NCBI GenBank assembly: GCA_947072265.1
Contig: CAMTHN010000001.1
Location: forward strand, 1 to 41,008
Direction: 5' to 3'
Length of the DNA stretch: 41,008 nucleotides
DNA from: an uncultured Clostridia bacterium
GTDB lineage: Bacteria; Bacillota; Clostridia; Oscillospirales; Ruminococcaceae
How positions within the stretch are numbered: position 1 is the first letter of the stretch; every line of letters starts with the position of its first letter. Made by a program: the position numbers and the translations under genes. The notes under the pieces were generated by a model that saw only the letters and a program-made list of their open reading frames with translations, had not been told where the DNA came from and did not search any database. Shown one piece after another: positions 8,170 through 17,484 of this stretch.

Positions 8170-9516
8170 TTATAGTATGCCTTGTTTAGCCATTGCGGTT
8201 GCCACTTTATGAAATCCAGCAATGTTGGATCCAATAACAAGATTATTAGGATGATTATATTTTATAGAGGTGTCATTAGAAGATTTAAATATATTTTTCA
8301 TAATAGTTTCAAGTTTCTTATCAACAGTTTTAAAATCCCAGCTATCTCTAATCGAATTTTGTGACATCTCCAATCCTGAAGTTGCAACACCACCAGCATT
8401 TGCTGCTTTTCCAGGTGCGAATGATATATTATTTTTTAAAAAAAGATGAACAGCTTGTTCGGAACATGGCATATTAGCACCTTCTGCAACAGCGATAACG
8501 CCATTTTTTATTAAAATTTCAGCATCGCTAAGAGATAGTTCATTTTGTGTTGCAGAAGGGAGAGCTATATCACAAGGAATAGACCAGATAGACTTTTCTG
8601 AAGCTGGATAAAATTCTGCAGAATTGTCCAGATTTATATATTCTGATATTCTTTGTCGATTAATCTCTTTTATAGAGATGATATGGGAAAGATTTATACC
8701 ATTTTTAGCGTATATAAATCCACTAGAATCAGACATAGCAACAACACAAGCTCCCATTTGTATAGCTTTTTCGGCAGCATAGATTGCTACGTTTCCAGAA
8801 CCGGAAATAACAATTTTTTTGTCTTTAATATCTTGTTTATTTATATTTTCAAGCATCTCTTTTGTAAAATAAAGCAACCCATATCCTGTGGCTTGTTTTC
8901 TAACAAGAGATCCACCAAATTCTAAACTTTTTCCTGTTAAAATTCCTGTAAATTCGGATTTTATTCTTTTATATTGTCCAAACATATACCCAATTTCTCT
9001 CTCTCCAACTCCTATATCTCCCGCGGGGATATCTATATTAGAACCAATATATTTAGAAAGTTCTGTCATAAAGCTCTGGCAAAATCGCATAATTTCTCCA
9101 TCAGATTTTCCCTTTGGATTAAAATCAGATCCGCCTTTTCCTCCTCCAAGTGGAAGACCAGTAAGACTATTTTTAAATATCTGTTCAAATCCTAGAAACT
9201 TTATAATGGATGGGTTTACAGAGGGGTGAAAACGTAGTCCCCCTTTGTATGGTCCTAAAGCAGAGTTGAATTGAACTCTATAGCCTGTATTAACATCTAT
9301 TGTTGTGTCATCTTTTTGATAGGCAACACGAAATTCTATAAGTCTTTCTGGTATAATTATTCTTTCTAATATTCCTGATTTTATTATGTAAGAGTTTTCC
9401 TGTATATATGTTTTTAGAGAAGATAAAACTTCTTTAACGGCTTGAATAAATTCCAATTGGTGTCCATTCTTAAATTTTAAATTATCAATAATAGAGTTTA
9501 TAAATTTGTTTATCAT
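8170..9516 (-). CDS. gdhA: NADP-type glutamate dehydrogenase
   Basis: KGGLRFHPSVN, PLGGGKGGSDF and the GSGNVA dinucleotide fold. Start taken at the internal ATG (9516), preceded by GAGGTT on the minus strand, rather than the ORF-track 9555. Confidence 0.9.
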   Translation of the reverse strand: MINKFINSIIDNLKFKNGHQLEFIQAVKEVLSSLKTYIQENSYIIKSGILERIIIPERLIEFRVAYQKDDTTIDVNTGYRVQFNSALGPYKGGLRFHPSVNPSIIKFLGFEQIFKNSLTGLPLGGGKGGSDFNPKGKSDGEIMRFCQSFMTELSKYIGSNIDIPAGDIGVGEREIGYMFGQYKRIKSEFTGILTGKSLEFGGSLVRKQATGYGLLYFTKEMLENINKQDIKDKKIVISGSGNVAIYAAEKAIQMGACVVAMSDSSGFIYAKNGINLSHIISIKEINRQRISEYINLDNSAEFYPASEKSIWSIPCDIALPSATQNELSLSDAEILIKNGVIAVAEGANMPCSEQAVHLFLKNNISFAPGKAANAGGVATSGLEMSQNSIRDSWDFKTVDKKLETIMKNIFKSSNDTSIKYNHPNNLVIGSNIAGFHKVATAMAKQGIL

Positions 9517-9702
9517 AAAAAACCTCGTTTCTTTAAAATTTATATATCTATACATTATAATATATAATATAAAAAATATGTAGAAAAGTTTAAATAAATC
9601 TTAAAGATATCATATTTATTCTTTTCAAATTTTATTTATTGGTATATAATAAAATAAGAGTTACAAGTTTAATAATATAGACTTTAAGAGAGAGGTATAA
9701 TT

Positions 9703-10290
9703 ATGCTTTCAAGAGATAATATAAATGATATACTAAAACAAGCTAATGTTTTGTTAGAAGGACATTTTTTACTTACATCTGGAAAACATAGTGAAAAATA
9801 TTTACAATGTGCGAATATTTTTAGAAATACAAAATATGCAGAAATATTGTCTAAAGAACTTTGGGAAAGATTTAAAGATATAGAAGTTGATCTTATAGTT
9901 GGTCCAGCTTTGGGGGCGGTTCAGATGGCATACGAAGTTTCTAGACATTTTGGAGTTGAAAACTTTTTTACAGAGAGAAATGCAGAAGGTAAGATGTTTT
10001 TAGGAAGAAGTTTTGAGATAAAAAAAGGATCAAAAGTTTTAGTTGTTGAAGATGTTATAACAACGGGTGGATCTGTTAGAGAGGTTATACAAGTTATAAA
10101 AGAGCAAGGAGGCGTTGTTGTTGGAGTTGGATCTATAGTTGATAGAACTGGAGAAAAAGTTGATTTTTCTGTCCCTCTAAAAAGTGTTATAACTGTGGAT
10201 GTGGAAGCTTTTGATCCATTAAACTGTCCTATATGTAAAAATAGCAATAGACCTCTTGTAAAACCAGGAAGCAGAATCTTTAAAAAATAG
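9703..10290 (+). CDS. pyrE: orotate phosphoribosyltransferase
   Basis: The PRPP-binding loop VLVVEDVITTGGS and an N-terminal FLLTSGKHSEKY of the PyrE type. Confidence 0.88.
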   Translation: MLSRDNINDILKQANVLLEGHFLLTSGKHSEKYLQCANIFRNTKYAEILSKELWERFKDIEVDLIVGPALGAVQMAYEVSRHFGVENFFTERNAEGKMFLGRSFEIKKGSKVLVVEDVITTGGSVREVIQVIKEQGGVVVGVGSIVDRTGEKVDFSVPLKSVITVDVEAFDPLNCPICKNSNRPLVKPGSRIFKK

Positions 10291-10302
10291 GGGTCTTAAT
10301 AA

Positions 10303-11004
10303 ATGGCAGATAATATACATGGTGGTCATAGACAAAGGCTAAAGGATAGATTTATAAAAGATGGTCTAGACTCTTTTGAACCCCACAATATATTAGAATT
10401 ATTATTATTTTTTGGGATATCTAGAGCGGATACGAATAAAATTTCTCATAATTTAATAGATATGTTCGGATCTCTTTCTGGAGTTTTTGATGCGCCATTT
10501 GAAGAATTGGTTAAAGTTGATGGAGTAGGTAAGAGTATAGCAACTTTAATAAAATTAATTCCAGAGATTAGCAGGATGTATATGATTGATAAATGTGATG
10601 TAAAACAGCATTTAAATACCACAAAAAAGGTTGGGGATTTTCTTCTTCCAAAATTTATAGGAAGGACAACAGAGGTTGTCTATCTTATATGTTTAGATAA
10701 TTCTTGTAAAGTTCTTCATTGTGGAATATTATTTGAAGGAACGGTGAATGCTGCTAGTATAAGTATACGAAAAATTATAGAAGTTGCTATAAAATTTAAT
10801 GCTAGTAATATAATCTTATCTCATAATCATCCAACTGGAGTTGCACTTCCTTCAAATGAAGATATAGTTACAACTGATAGAGTTGTAAAAGCTTTAAAGG
10901 TTATAGGTATAAGTCTTTTAGATCATATTATAGTTGCTAAAAATGATTTTGTCTCTCTGGCTGATAGTGGACATCTTTCGTTTATAAAGGGAGATATAAT
11001 ATAA
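10303..11004 (+). CDS. radC: RadC-family JAB/MPN domain protein
   Basis: N-terminal HhH region (LLELLLFFGI...GVGKSIA) and the JAMM motif SHNHPTGVALPSNED. Confidence 0.85.
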   Translation: MADNIHGGHRQRLKDRFIKDGLDSFEPHNILELLLFFGISRADTNKISHNLIDMFGSLSGVFDAPFEELVKVDGVGKSIATLIKLIPEISRMYMIDKCDVKQHLNTTKKVGDFLLPKFIGRTTEVVYLICLDNSCKVLHCGILFEGTVNAASISIRKIIEVAIKFNASNIILSHNHPTGVALPSNEDIVTTDRVVKALKVIGISLLDHIIVAKNDFVSLADSGHLSFIKGDII

Positions 11005-11010
11005 AAAATG

Positions 11011-11048
11011 GGGTTAGTCTGAAAATATATTTTCAGACTAACCTTTTA
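11011..11048 (+). terminator. intrinsic terminator after radC
   Basis: Perfect 32-nt palindrome GGTTAGTCTGAAAATA|TATTTTCAGACTAACC (11012-11043), followed by TTTT. Confidence 0.6.
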
Positions 11049-11065
11049 AATAAGGGGGAATGTAT

Positions 11066-13024
11066 ATGGAAAAATTTCAGCTTGTTTCAAAGTATAAGCC
11101 AACAGGAGATCAACCAAAGGCGATTAAAAAATTGGTTGAAGGAATAGAAAAAGGATTTAGAGAACAAACTCTATTAGGGGTTACAGGGTCTGGAAAAACT
11201 TATACTATGGCAAATGTTATAGAAAAAATAGGAAAGCCAACACTAGTCTTAGCACATAATAAAACTTTAGCAGCACAATTATGCAGTGAATTTAAAGAGT
11301 TTTTTCCAAATAATTCTGTAGAATATTTTGTTAGTTACTATGACTATTATCAACCTGAAGCATATGTGGCCTCTACGGATACTTATATAGAAAAAGACAG
11401 TGCTATAAATGATGAAATAGAGAAGCTTCGACATTCTGCTACAAACTCTATAGCTGAAAGAAAAGATTTAATAGTTGTAGCCAGTGTTTCTTGTATATAT
11501 AGTTTGGGAAATCCGATAGATTATAAAAACATGGTTATATCTTTGAGAGAAGGGATGGAAAAGAATAGAGATGAGCTTATAAGAAAGCTAATAGATATAC
11601 AATATGAGAGAAATGACGTAAATTTTCAAAAGAATAAATTTCGTGTTCGGGGAGATGTAATAGAGATCTATCCACCTTATTCTAAAGGACAGATTGTAAG
11701 GGTAGATTTTTTTGGAGATGAAATAGAAAAGATAAGTGAGATAAATCCCCTTACAGGGGAGATTTTGCAGGGAGTTTCTCACGTTGCAATCTATCCTGCA
11801 TCTCACTATATATTTGAAAGAGAAAAAATAAATATAGCTATAAAAGAGATAGAGGACGAACTTGCGGATAGGATAAAGTATTTTGAAGATAATGAAATGT
11901 TGTTGGAGGCACAGAGGATAAAACAGAGGACAATGTATGATCTTGAAATGTTGTTGGAGATTGGATTTTGTAAAGGTGTAGAAAATTATTCTAGAGTTTT
12001 ATCAGGGAGACCAGAAGGAAGTGTTCCGTATTCTCTTATTGACCATTTTCCAGAAGATTTTTTGATGATAGTTGATGAGTCTCATGTTATGTTGCCCCAA
12101 ATTAGGGGGATGTTTGGAGGGGACTATGCAAGAAAAAAGATGTTGGTAGATTATGGTTTTAGGCTTCCATCGGCATTTGATAATAGACCGTTAAATTTTG
12201 ATGAATTTTATAAAAAGATAAATCAGGCAGTTTATGTATCTGCAACTCCGTCAGATTTTGAAAAAGAACATAGTAGCCAGATAGTTCAACAGGTTATAAG
12301 ACCGACTGGTTTGTTGGATCCTACTATAGATGTTAAGTTAATTCAGGGGCAGATAGAAGATATTTTATTTCAAATAAATGAGAGGATAAAAAAAGAAGAA
12401 AGAGTATTTATAACAACACTAACAAAAAAGATGTCAGAAGACCTTACAAATTTTCTTATAGACCATGGAATAAAGGTTAAATATATCCATTGTGATATAG
12501 ATACGATGGAAAGGATGGAAATTTTAAGAGACTTAAGGTTAGGAAAATTTGATGTATTAATAGGGATAAACCTTTTAAGAGAGGGGATAGATATTCCTGA
12601 AGTTTCTTTAGTTTGTATTCTTGATGCAGATAAACAAGGATTTTTAAGAAGCGAGAGTGCACTTATACAAACAATAGGAAGAGCCGCGAGAAATAGCAAT
12701 GGACATGTTATAATGTATGCAGATATTGTGACGAATGCAATGGAAAAAGCTATAACAGAGACACAAAGAAGACGAGAAATTCAGATAAAATATAATATAG
12801 AAAATAGTATAACTCCGACGACTATAAAAAAGGATATTAGAGATATTATCGAGATAAGTAAAAAAACTAAAAAAACTAAACAAGACGTTTCAAAAATGAG
12901 TATAGAAGAAAAACAAAAACTTATTATAACATTAAAAAAAGATATGAAAGAAGCAGCAAGGCTTTTAGAATTTGAACACGCTGCATTTTTACGAGATAGA
13001 TTAAAAGAGGTAGAAGGTAGTTAG
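11066..13024 (+). CDS. uvrB: excinuclease ABC subunit B
   Basis: Walker A GVTGSGKT, the beta-hairpin region [14 protein letters not shown], and the C-terminal UVR domain [12 protein letters not shown]. The second ATG (11066) has proper spacing from AAGGGGGA. Confidence 0.95.
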   Translation: MEKFQLVSKYKPTGDQPKAIKKLVEGIEKGFREQTLLGVTGSGKTYTMANVIEKIGKPTLVLAHNKTLAAQLCSEFKEFFPNNSVEYFVSYYDYYQPEAYVASTDTYIEKDSAINDEIEKLRHSATNSIAERKDLIVVASVSCIYSLGNPIDYKNMVISLREGMEKNRDELIRKLIDIQYERNDVNFQKNKFRVRGDVIEIYPPYSKGQIVRVDFFGDEIEKISEINPLTGEILQGVSHVAIYPASHYIFEREKINIAIKEIEDELADRIKYFEDNEMLLEAQRIKQRTMYDLEMLLEIGFCKGVENYSRVLSGRPEGSVPYSLIDHFPEDFLMIVDESHVMLPQIRGMFGGDYARKKMLVDYGFRLPSAFDNRPLNFDEFYKKINQAVYVSATPSDFEKEHSSQIVQQVIRPTGLLDPTIDVKLIQGQIEDILFQINERIKKEERVFITTLTKKMSEDLTNFLIDHGIKVKYIHCDIDTMERMEILRDLRLGKFDVLIGINLLREGIDIPEVSLVCILDADKQGFLRSESALIQTIGRAARNSNGHVIMYADIVTNAMEKAITETQRRREIQIKYNIENSITPTTIKKDIRDIIEISKKTKKTKQDVSKMSIEEKQKLIITLKKDMKEAARLLEFEHAAFLRDRLKEVEGS

Positions 13025-13044
13025 GAAAGATAGAAGGTGGATAT

Positions 13045-15864
13045 ATGAGCATAGATAAGATAGTTATAAAAGGAGCAAGAGAGAATAATTTAAAAAATAT
13101 AGATATATCTTTGCCAAGAGATAAGCTTATAGTTTTTACAGGACCATCAGGGTCTGGAAAGTCTTCATTAGCATTTGATACAATATATGCAGAGGGACAA
13201 AGAAGATATGTAGAAAGTCTTTCTGCGTATGCAAGACAGTTTTTAGGACAGATGGAAAAGCCAGAGGTTGAATATATAGAGGGGCTATCTCCTGCAATAT
13301 CAATAGATCAAAAGACGACAAATAAAAATCCAAGATCAACAGTAGGAACAGTTACAGAGATATATGATTATTTAAGACTTTTGTTTGCTAGAGTTGGAAA
13401 AGCACATTGCACAGTCTGTAAAAGAGAGATAGAGAAACAGACGATAGATCAAATTGTAGATCGAGTTATGACCTTAAAGGCAGGGGAAAAAATTCAAGTT
13501 TTATCTCCAATTATACGATCAAAAAAAGGGGAGCATAAAAAAGAGATAGAAGGAATAAAAAGAAATGGATATGTTCGAGTTCGAGTGGATGGAAATATGT
13601 ATGATATATCCGAAACAATAGAGCTGGATAAAAATAAGAAACATAGTATAGAAGTTATAATTGATAGACTGGTTGTTAAACCTGAGATTAGAGAGAGGCT
13701 TTCAGATAGTATACAAACAGCTGTAGCTTTGTCAGATGGTTTAGTTTTGATAAATATCTTTTCAGAGGATCGAGATGTTATGTTTTCTCAAAACTATTCG
13801 TGTCCAGACCATGATATATGTATAGATGAAATTTCTCCTAGCATGTTTTCTTTTAACAATCCTAAAGGTGCATGTGAAAATTGTATGGGAATAGGAACAA
13901 CTATGAAGATAAATGAAAAGAATTTAATAGTTGATGAAAATATTTCTATCAATCAAGGAGGAATTAGAGCTTGTGGTTGGGATCTAAGCGAGGGACAGAG
14001 TATTGGAAATATGTATATACAAGCTCTGTCAGAAAGATATAAATTTAAGTTAGATATACCTATAAAAAAACTAGAAAAAAAGGTTTTAGATATAATATTT
14101 TATGGAAATAAAGGGGAAGAACTAGATTTTGTGCATAAACATGGGGTTTATAAAGGGAGTTTTGAAGGAATAGTTAATAATCTAGAAAGAAGGTATAAAG
14201 AAACTCAAAGCTCTGCGGTTAGAGAAGATATATCAAAATATATGACAATTTCTAGTTGTTCTTTATGCAAAGGAGAAAGACTTAACGCAATAACTCTAGG
14301 GATTACAGTTGGTGGTATAAATATTAGTAAATTTAGTGTAAAAAGTGTGGAAGAATGTATTGATTTTATAGGATTATTGAAACTATCTAAAGGGGATATG
14401 TATATATCTGACAGAATTATAGAAGAGATAAAAAAAAGGCTTTTATTTTTAAAGAGTGTGGGATTAGATTATTTAACTCTATCTAGATCTGCGGCAACAC
14501 TTTCAGGAGGAGAAAGTCAGAGAATAAGACTTGCTACACAGATTGGATCTTCCCTTGTAGGGGTTTTATATATACTTGATGAGCCAAGCATAGGTCTGCA
14601 CCAAAAAGATAATATGAGGTTAATAGAAACACTTAAGCATTTAAGAGATATAGGAAACACAGTAATAGTTGTAGAGCATGATGAAGATACAATGAATGAG
14701 GCAGATTATATAGTTGATATTGGTCCGGGGGCAGGGGTTCATGGGGGGGAGATAATTTTTGCTGGAACTGTTGAAGGGATAAAAAAATGTGACAAATCTG
14801 AAACTGGAAAATATTTAAATGGAGAAAAAAGCATTCCAGTTCCAGAAAATAGAAGAGAAGGGCTTGGAGAGAAGATAGTTATAAAAGGTGCAAAAGCAAA
14901 TAATTTAAAAGATGTTGATGTAGAATTTCCTATTGGAACTTTAAGCTGTGTGACAGGGGTTTCTGGATCGGGAAAATCTACATTAATAAATGAAATTTTA
15001 TATAAATATGCAAGCAAAAAAATCAACAGATCCAAAGATGATCCGGGAGAGCATAAAAGCATAGAAGGAATAGAAAATTTTGATAAAATAATAGGGATAA
15101 ATCAATCTCCTATAGGGCGTACACCAAGGTCAAACCCCGCGACATATACAGGTGTTTTCACAGATATTAGAGAGATATTTGCAGCTACAAATGATGCAAA
15201 ATCAAAAGGTTTTATCTCTAGTAGATTTAGTTTTAACATAAAAGGTGGGAGATGCGAATCTTGCCAAGGAGACGGAATAATAAAGATAGAGATGCATTTT
15301 TTATCAGATATATTTGTAACCTGTGAGGTGTGTAAAGGGCATAGATATAATAGGGATACCCTTTCTATAAAATATAAAGACAAAAATATATATGATATTT
15401 TAGAAATGACAGTGGAACAAGGAGGAGAATTTTTTAAAAATATTCCAAAAATTTATAGAAAATTAAAATGTTTAGAAGATGTTGGTTTAGGGTATATAAA
15501 AATTGGACAGAGTGCACCAAGTTTATCAGGAGGAGAAAGCCAGCGGGTTAAATTAGCGACCGAACTTTCTAAAATTTCTACAGGAAAAACATTGTATATT
15601 TTAGATGAACCAACCACAGGTTTACATGTATCTGATGTTGCAAATTTAATAAAAGTTCTTCAAAAATTGGTAGATATGGGAAACACAATGATAATAATTG
15701 AGCATAATTTAGACATAATAAAAACAGCGGACTATATAGTAGATATAGGACCGGAAGGTGGATATAGAGGAGGTTGTATTATTGCATCGGGAACACCTGA
15801 AGATATAGCGAAAAATAAAGATTCTTATACAGGATTATATTTAAAAAAAATCTTATATAAATAG
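13045..15864 (+). CDS. uvrA: excinuclease ABC subunit A
   Basis: GPSGSGKSSLAFDTIYAEGQRRY, two ABC modules (LSGGESQRIRLA and LSGGESQRVKLA) and zinc-finger Cys pairs. Confidence 0.97.
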   Translation: MSIDKIVIKGARENNLKNIDISLPRDKLIVFTGPSGSGKSSLAFDTIYAEGQRRYVESLSAYARQFLGQMEKPEVEYIEGLSPAISIDQKTTNKNPRSTVGTVTEIYDYLRLLFARVGKAHCTVCKREIEKQTIDQIVDRVMTLKAGEKIQVLSPIIRSKKGEHKKEIEGIKRNGYVRVRVDGNMYDISETIELDKNKKHSIEVIIDRLVVKPEIRERLSDSIQTAVALSDGLVLINIFSEDRDVMFSQNYSCPDHDICIDEISPSMFSFNNPKGACENCMGIGTTMKINEKNLIVDENISINQGGIRACGWDLSEGQSIGNMYIQALSERYKFKLDIPIKKLEKKVLDIIFYGNKGEELDFVHKHGVYKGSFEGIVNNLERRYKETQSSAVREDISKYMTISSCSLCKGERLNAITLGITVGGINISKFSVKSVEECIDFIGLLKLSKGDMYISDRIIEEIKKRLLFLKSVGLDYLTLSRSAATLSGGESQRIRLATQIGSSLVGVLYILDEPSIGLHQKDNMRLIETLKHLRDIGNTVIVVEHDEDTMNEADYIVDIGPGAGVHGGEIIFAGTVEGIKKCDKSETGKYLNGEKSIPVPENRREGLGEKIVIKGAKANNLKDVDVEFPIGTLSCVTGVSGSGKSTLINEILYKYASKKINRSKDDPGEHKSIEGIENFDKIIGINQSPIGRTPRSNPATYTGVFTDIREIFAATNDAKSKGFISSRFSFNIKGGRCESCQGDGIIKIEMHFLSDIFVTCEVCKGHRYNRDTLSIKYKDKNIYDILEMTVEQGGEFFKNIPKIYRKLKCLEDVGLGYIKIGQSAPSLSGGESQRVKLATELSKISTGKTLYILDEPTTGLHVSDVANLIKVLQKLVDMGNTMIIIEHNLDIIKTADYIVDIGPEGGYRGGCIIASGTPEDIAKNKDSYTGLYLKKILYK

Positions 15865-15915
15865 AGTTTACAAAAGTATATTGGTATGGTATAGTTTTTA
15901 TATAGTTTGTAAACT
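15865..15915. repeat. 10-bp inverted repeat AGTTTACAAA / TTTGTAAACT separated by 31 nt
   Basis: Arms at 15865-15874 and 15906-15915, directly after the uvrA stop. The right arm overlaps a candidate -35 for the rubredoxin gene. It could be a large-loop uvrA terminator or an operator pair. Confidence 0.35.
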
Positions 15916-15934
15916 TTAAATTAAATTATATAAA
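15907..15934 (+). promoter_or_regulatory. candidate promoter for the rubredoxin and flavodiiron genes (TTGTAA, 16 nt, TATAAA)
   Basis: Hexamers at 15907-15912 and 15929-15934, read by eye. Confidence 0.3.
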
Positions 15935-15972
15935 AAAATTAATAAATATTAAAAAAATAGGAGGTTTTATTT

Positions 15973-16134
15973 ATGCAAAAATATATTTGTATAATATGTG
16001 GATATATATATAATCCAGAAACAGGTTGTGCGGATCAAGGGATTCCTGCTGGAGTTGCTTGGGAAGATGTTCGCGAAGATTATCTTTGTCCTTTATGTGA
16101 TGTAGGAAAAGATCAATTTGAGCCAACAGACTAA
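15973..16134 (+). CDS. rubredoxin (53 aa, absent from the ORF track)
   Basis: My translation is MQKYICIICGYIYNPETGCADQGIPAGVAWEDVREDYLCPLCDVGKDQFEPTD. It has CxxCG and CPxC pairs at rubredoxin spacing, an AGGAGG Shine-Dalgarno 8 nt upstream, and a TAA stop at 16132-16134. Confidence 0.85.
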   Translation: MQKYICIICGYIYNPETGCADQGIPAGVAWEDVREDYLCPLCDVGKDQFEPTD

Positions 16135-16155
16135 ATAAATTTAGGGGGAAATAAA

Positions 16156-17367
16156 ATGAGTCATGTAAAAGTTGCAGACGGGATTTACTCTGTTGGAGTT
16201 TTAAATCCTAGTTTAAGAGTATTTGATATTGTTATGAGTACAGCTTATGGAACAACGTATAATTCTTATCTTGTTAAAGGATCGGAAAAAACAGCTATTA
16301 TAGAGGCTTCTCATATTGATTATTTTGAATATTATCTTGAAAATATAAAAGAAGTTGCAGATATTATGGATATAGATTATGTTATAATGAATCACAATGA
16401 ACCAGATCATTCTGGATCTATTGGAAAACTTATAAGTCTAAATCCAAACATAGAAGTTATAGCAACTCCAGCAGGTGCTATGTATTTAAAAAATATATTG
16501 AATCATGATTCCCCCAAAATAAGAGTTGTTAAAGAAGGCGATAGTATAGATCTTGGAGGAGGAAAGGTTTTAAAATTTATTAGTGCACCTTTTCTTCATT
16601 GGCCTGACACTATGTTTACCTGGTTAGAGCAAGACGGAGTTTTATTTTCTTGTGATTTTTTAGGTGCGCATTATTGTGAACCTCAGATGAAGGATACTCT
16701 TTGTGACAAAATTGATAAGTATGAAGATGCTTTTTTAGGATATTATAACGCTATATTTGGTCCTTTTAAACCATATGTTTTAGATGGATTAGAAAAAATT
16801 AAAGATTTGGATATAAAATATGCATGTACAAGTCATGGTCCAATTCTTTCAAAGGGTTGTAAACTAGAAGAAAATATAGAAAAATATAAATTATGGAGTA
16901 CTAAAATAAAGAATGAAAAAGCTTCGATACCTATTTTTTATTGCTCTGCATATGGAAATACTCAAAAACTAGCAAAAGCAATTGCAGAAGGCATAAAAAA
17001 AGTTTTACCATCAGCGGATATTGAAACTTTTGATATAATAGAGAATGACATGGGACTATTAGGAGAAAAATTAAATAATAGTGATGCTTTTCTTATAGGA
17101 TCTCCAACTTTAAACAAAGATGCTGTTCCGCCGGTGTGGCAACTTTTAGCACATATTGATGCTATAAATATTCATAAGAAAAAAGCGGCAATATTTGGAT
17201 CTTGTGGATGGAGTGGTGAATCTTTTAAAAACTTAAATGGTAGACTTTCTAATTTGAAGGTTGATGTATTTGAATCTCCATTTAAGATAACGCTTGTGGC
17301 TAGTGAAAAAGATTTATTAGATGCTTTTGAATATGGAAAAAGTTTTGGAGAATACTTTTTAGCATAA
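16156..17367 (+). CDS. class A flavodiiron protein (metallo-beta-lactamase-like plus flavodoxin domains; O2/NO reductase)
   Basis: Di-iron ligand motif NHNEPDHSG and a C-terminal flavodoxin-like domain (IFYCSAYGNTQKLA...GSPT). It lies directly downstream of rubredoxin. Confidence 0.9.
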   Translation: MSHVKVADGIYSVGVLNPSLRVFDIVMSTAYGTTYNSYLVKGSEKTAIIEASHIDYFEYYLENIKEVADIMDIDYVIMNHNEPDHSGSIGKLISLNPNIEVIATPAGAMYLKNILNHDSPKIRVVKEGDSIDLGGGKVLKFISAPFLHWPDTMFTWLEQDGVLFSCDFLGAHYCEPQMKDTLCDKIDKYEDAFLGYYNAIFGPFKPYVLDGLEKIKDLDIKYACTSHGPILSKGCKLEENIEKYKLWSTKIKNEKASIPIFYCSAYGNTQKLAKAIAEGIKKVLPSADIETFDIIENDMGLLGEKLNNSDAFLIGSPTLNKDAVPPVWQLLAHIDAINIHKKKAAIFGSCGWSGESFKNLNGRLSNLKVDVFESPFKITLVASEKDLLDAFEYGKSFGEYFLA

Positions 17368-17374
17368 AAAATAT

Positions 17375-17414
17375 AAAATAAATACCTAGAGATATATCTC
17401 TAGGTATTTATTTT
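17375..17414 (+). terminator. intrinsic terminator after the flavodiiron gene
   Basis: Perfect palindrome AAATAAATACCTAGAGATA|TATCTCTAGGTATTTATTT followed by a T-run. Confidence 0.65.
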
Positions 17415-17428
17415 ATATTATTAAAAGA

Positions 17429-17457
17429 TTGTTTATTTTTTTATATAATATTATAAT
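17429..17457 (+). promoter_or_regulatory. candidate promoter of the NTPase/OFOR operon (TTGTTT, 17 nt, TATAAT)
   Basis: Hexamers at 17429-17434 and 17452-17457. Confidence 0.4.
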
Positions 17458-17484
17458 ATATAGATACGATATAAGGAGGAGTTT

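Noticed and set aside
8182-9229. Several plus-strand ORFs (8182-8364, 8653-8925, 8888-9229, 8974-9195) overlapping gdhA.
   Set aside because: They are mutually overlapping frames antisense to a strongly conserved GDH gene. None has family motifs or a ribosome-binding site.
9686-9695. AAGAGAGAGG upstream of pyrE, resembling the AGAGAGG core of PyrR-binding loops.
   Set aside because: No supporting stem-loop context is visible, and the purine run sits 7 nt before the ATG. It is most simply the pyrE Shine-Dalgarno.
11019-11036. CTG-N12-CAG palindrome upstream of uvrB, reminiscent of an E. coli-type LexA box.
   Set aside because: The spacing is wrong, since the E. coli box is CTG-N10-CAG, and the type is wrong for a Firmicute, where GAAC-N4-GTTC is expected. 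It is simply the apical part of the radC terminator stem.
14739-15383. Minus-strand ORFs inside uvrA. Similar antisense ORFs occur in uvrB, aspS, pyrE, spoVT, comM and the ABC ATPase.
   Set aside because: All are antisense shadows of conserved genes. They have no independent signals.
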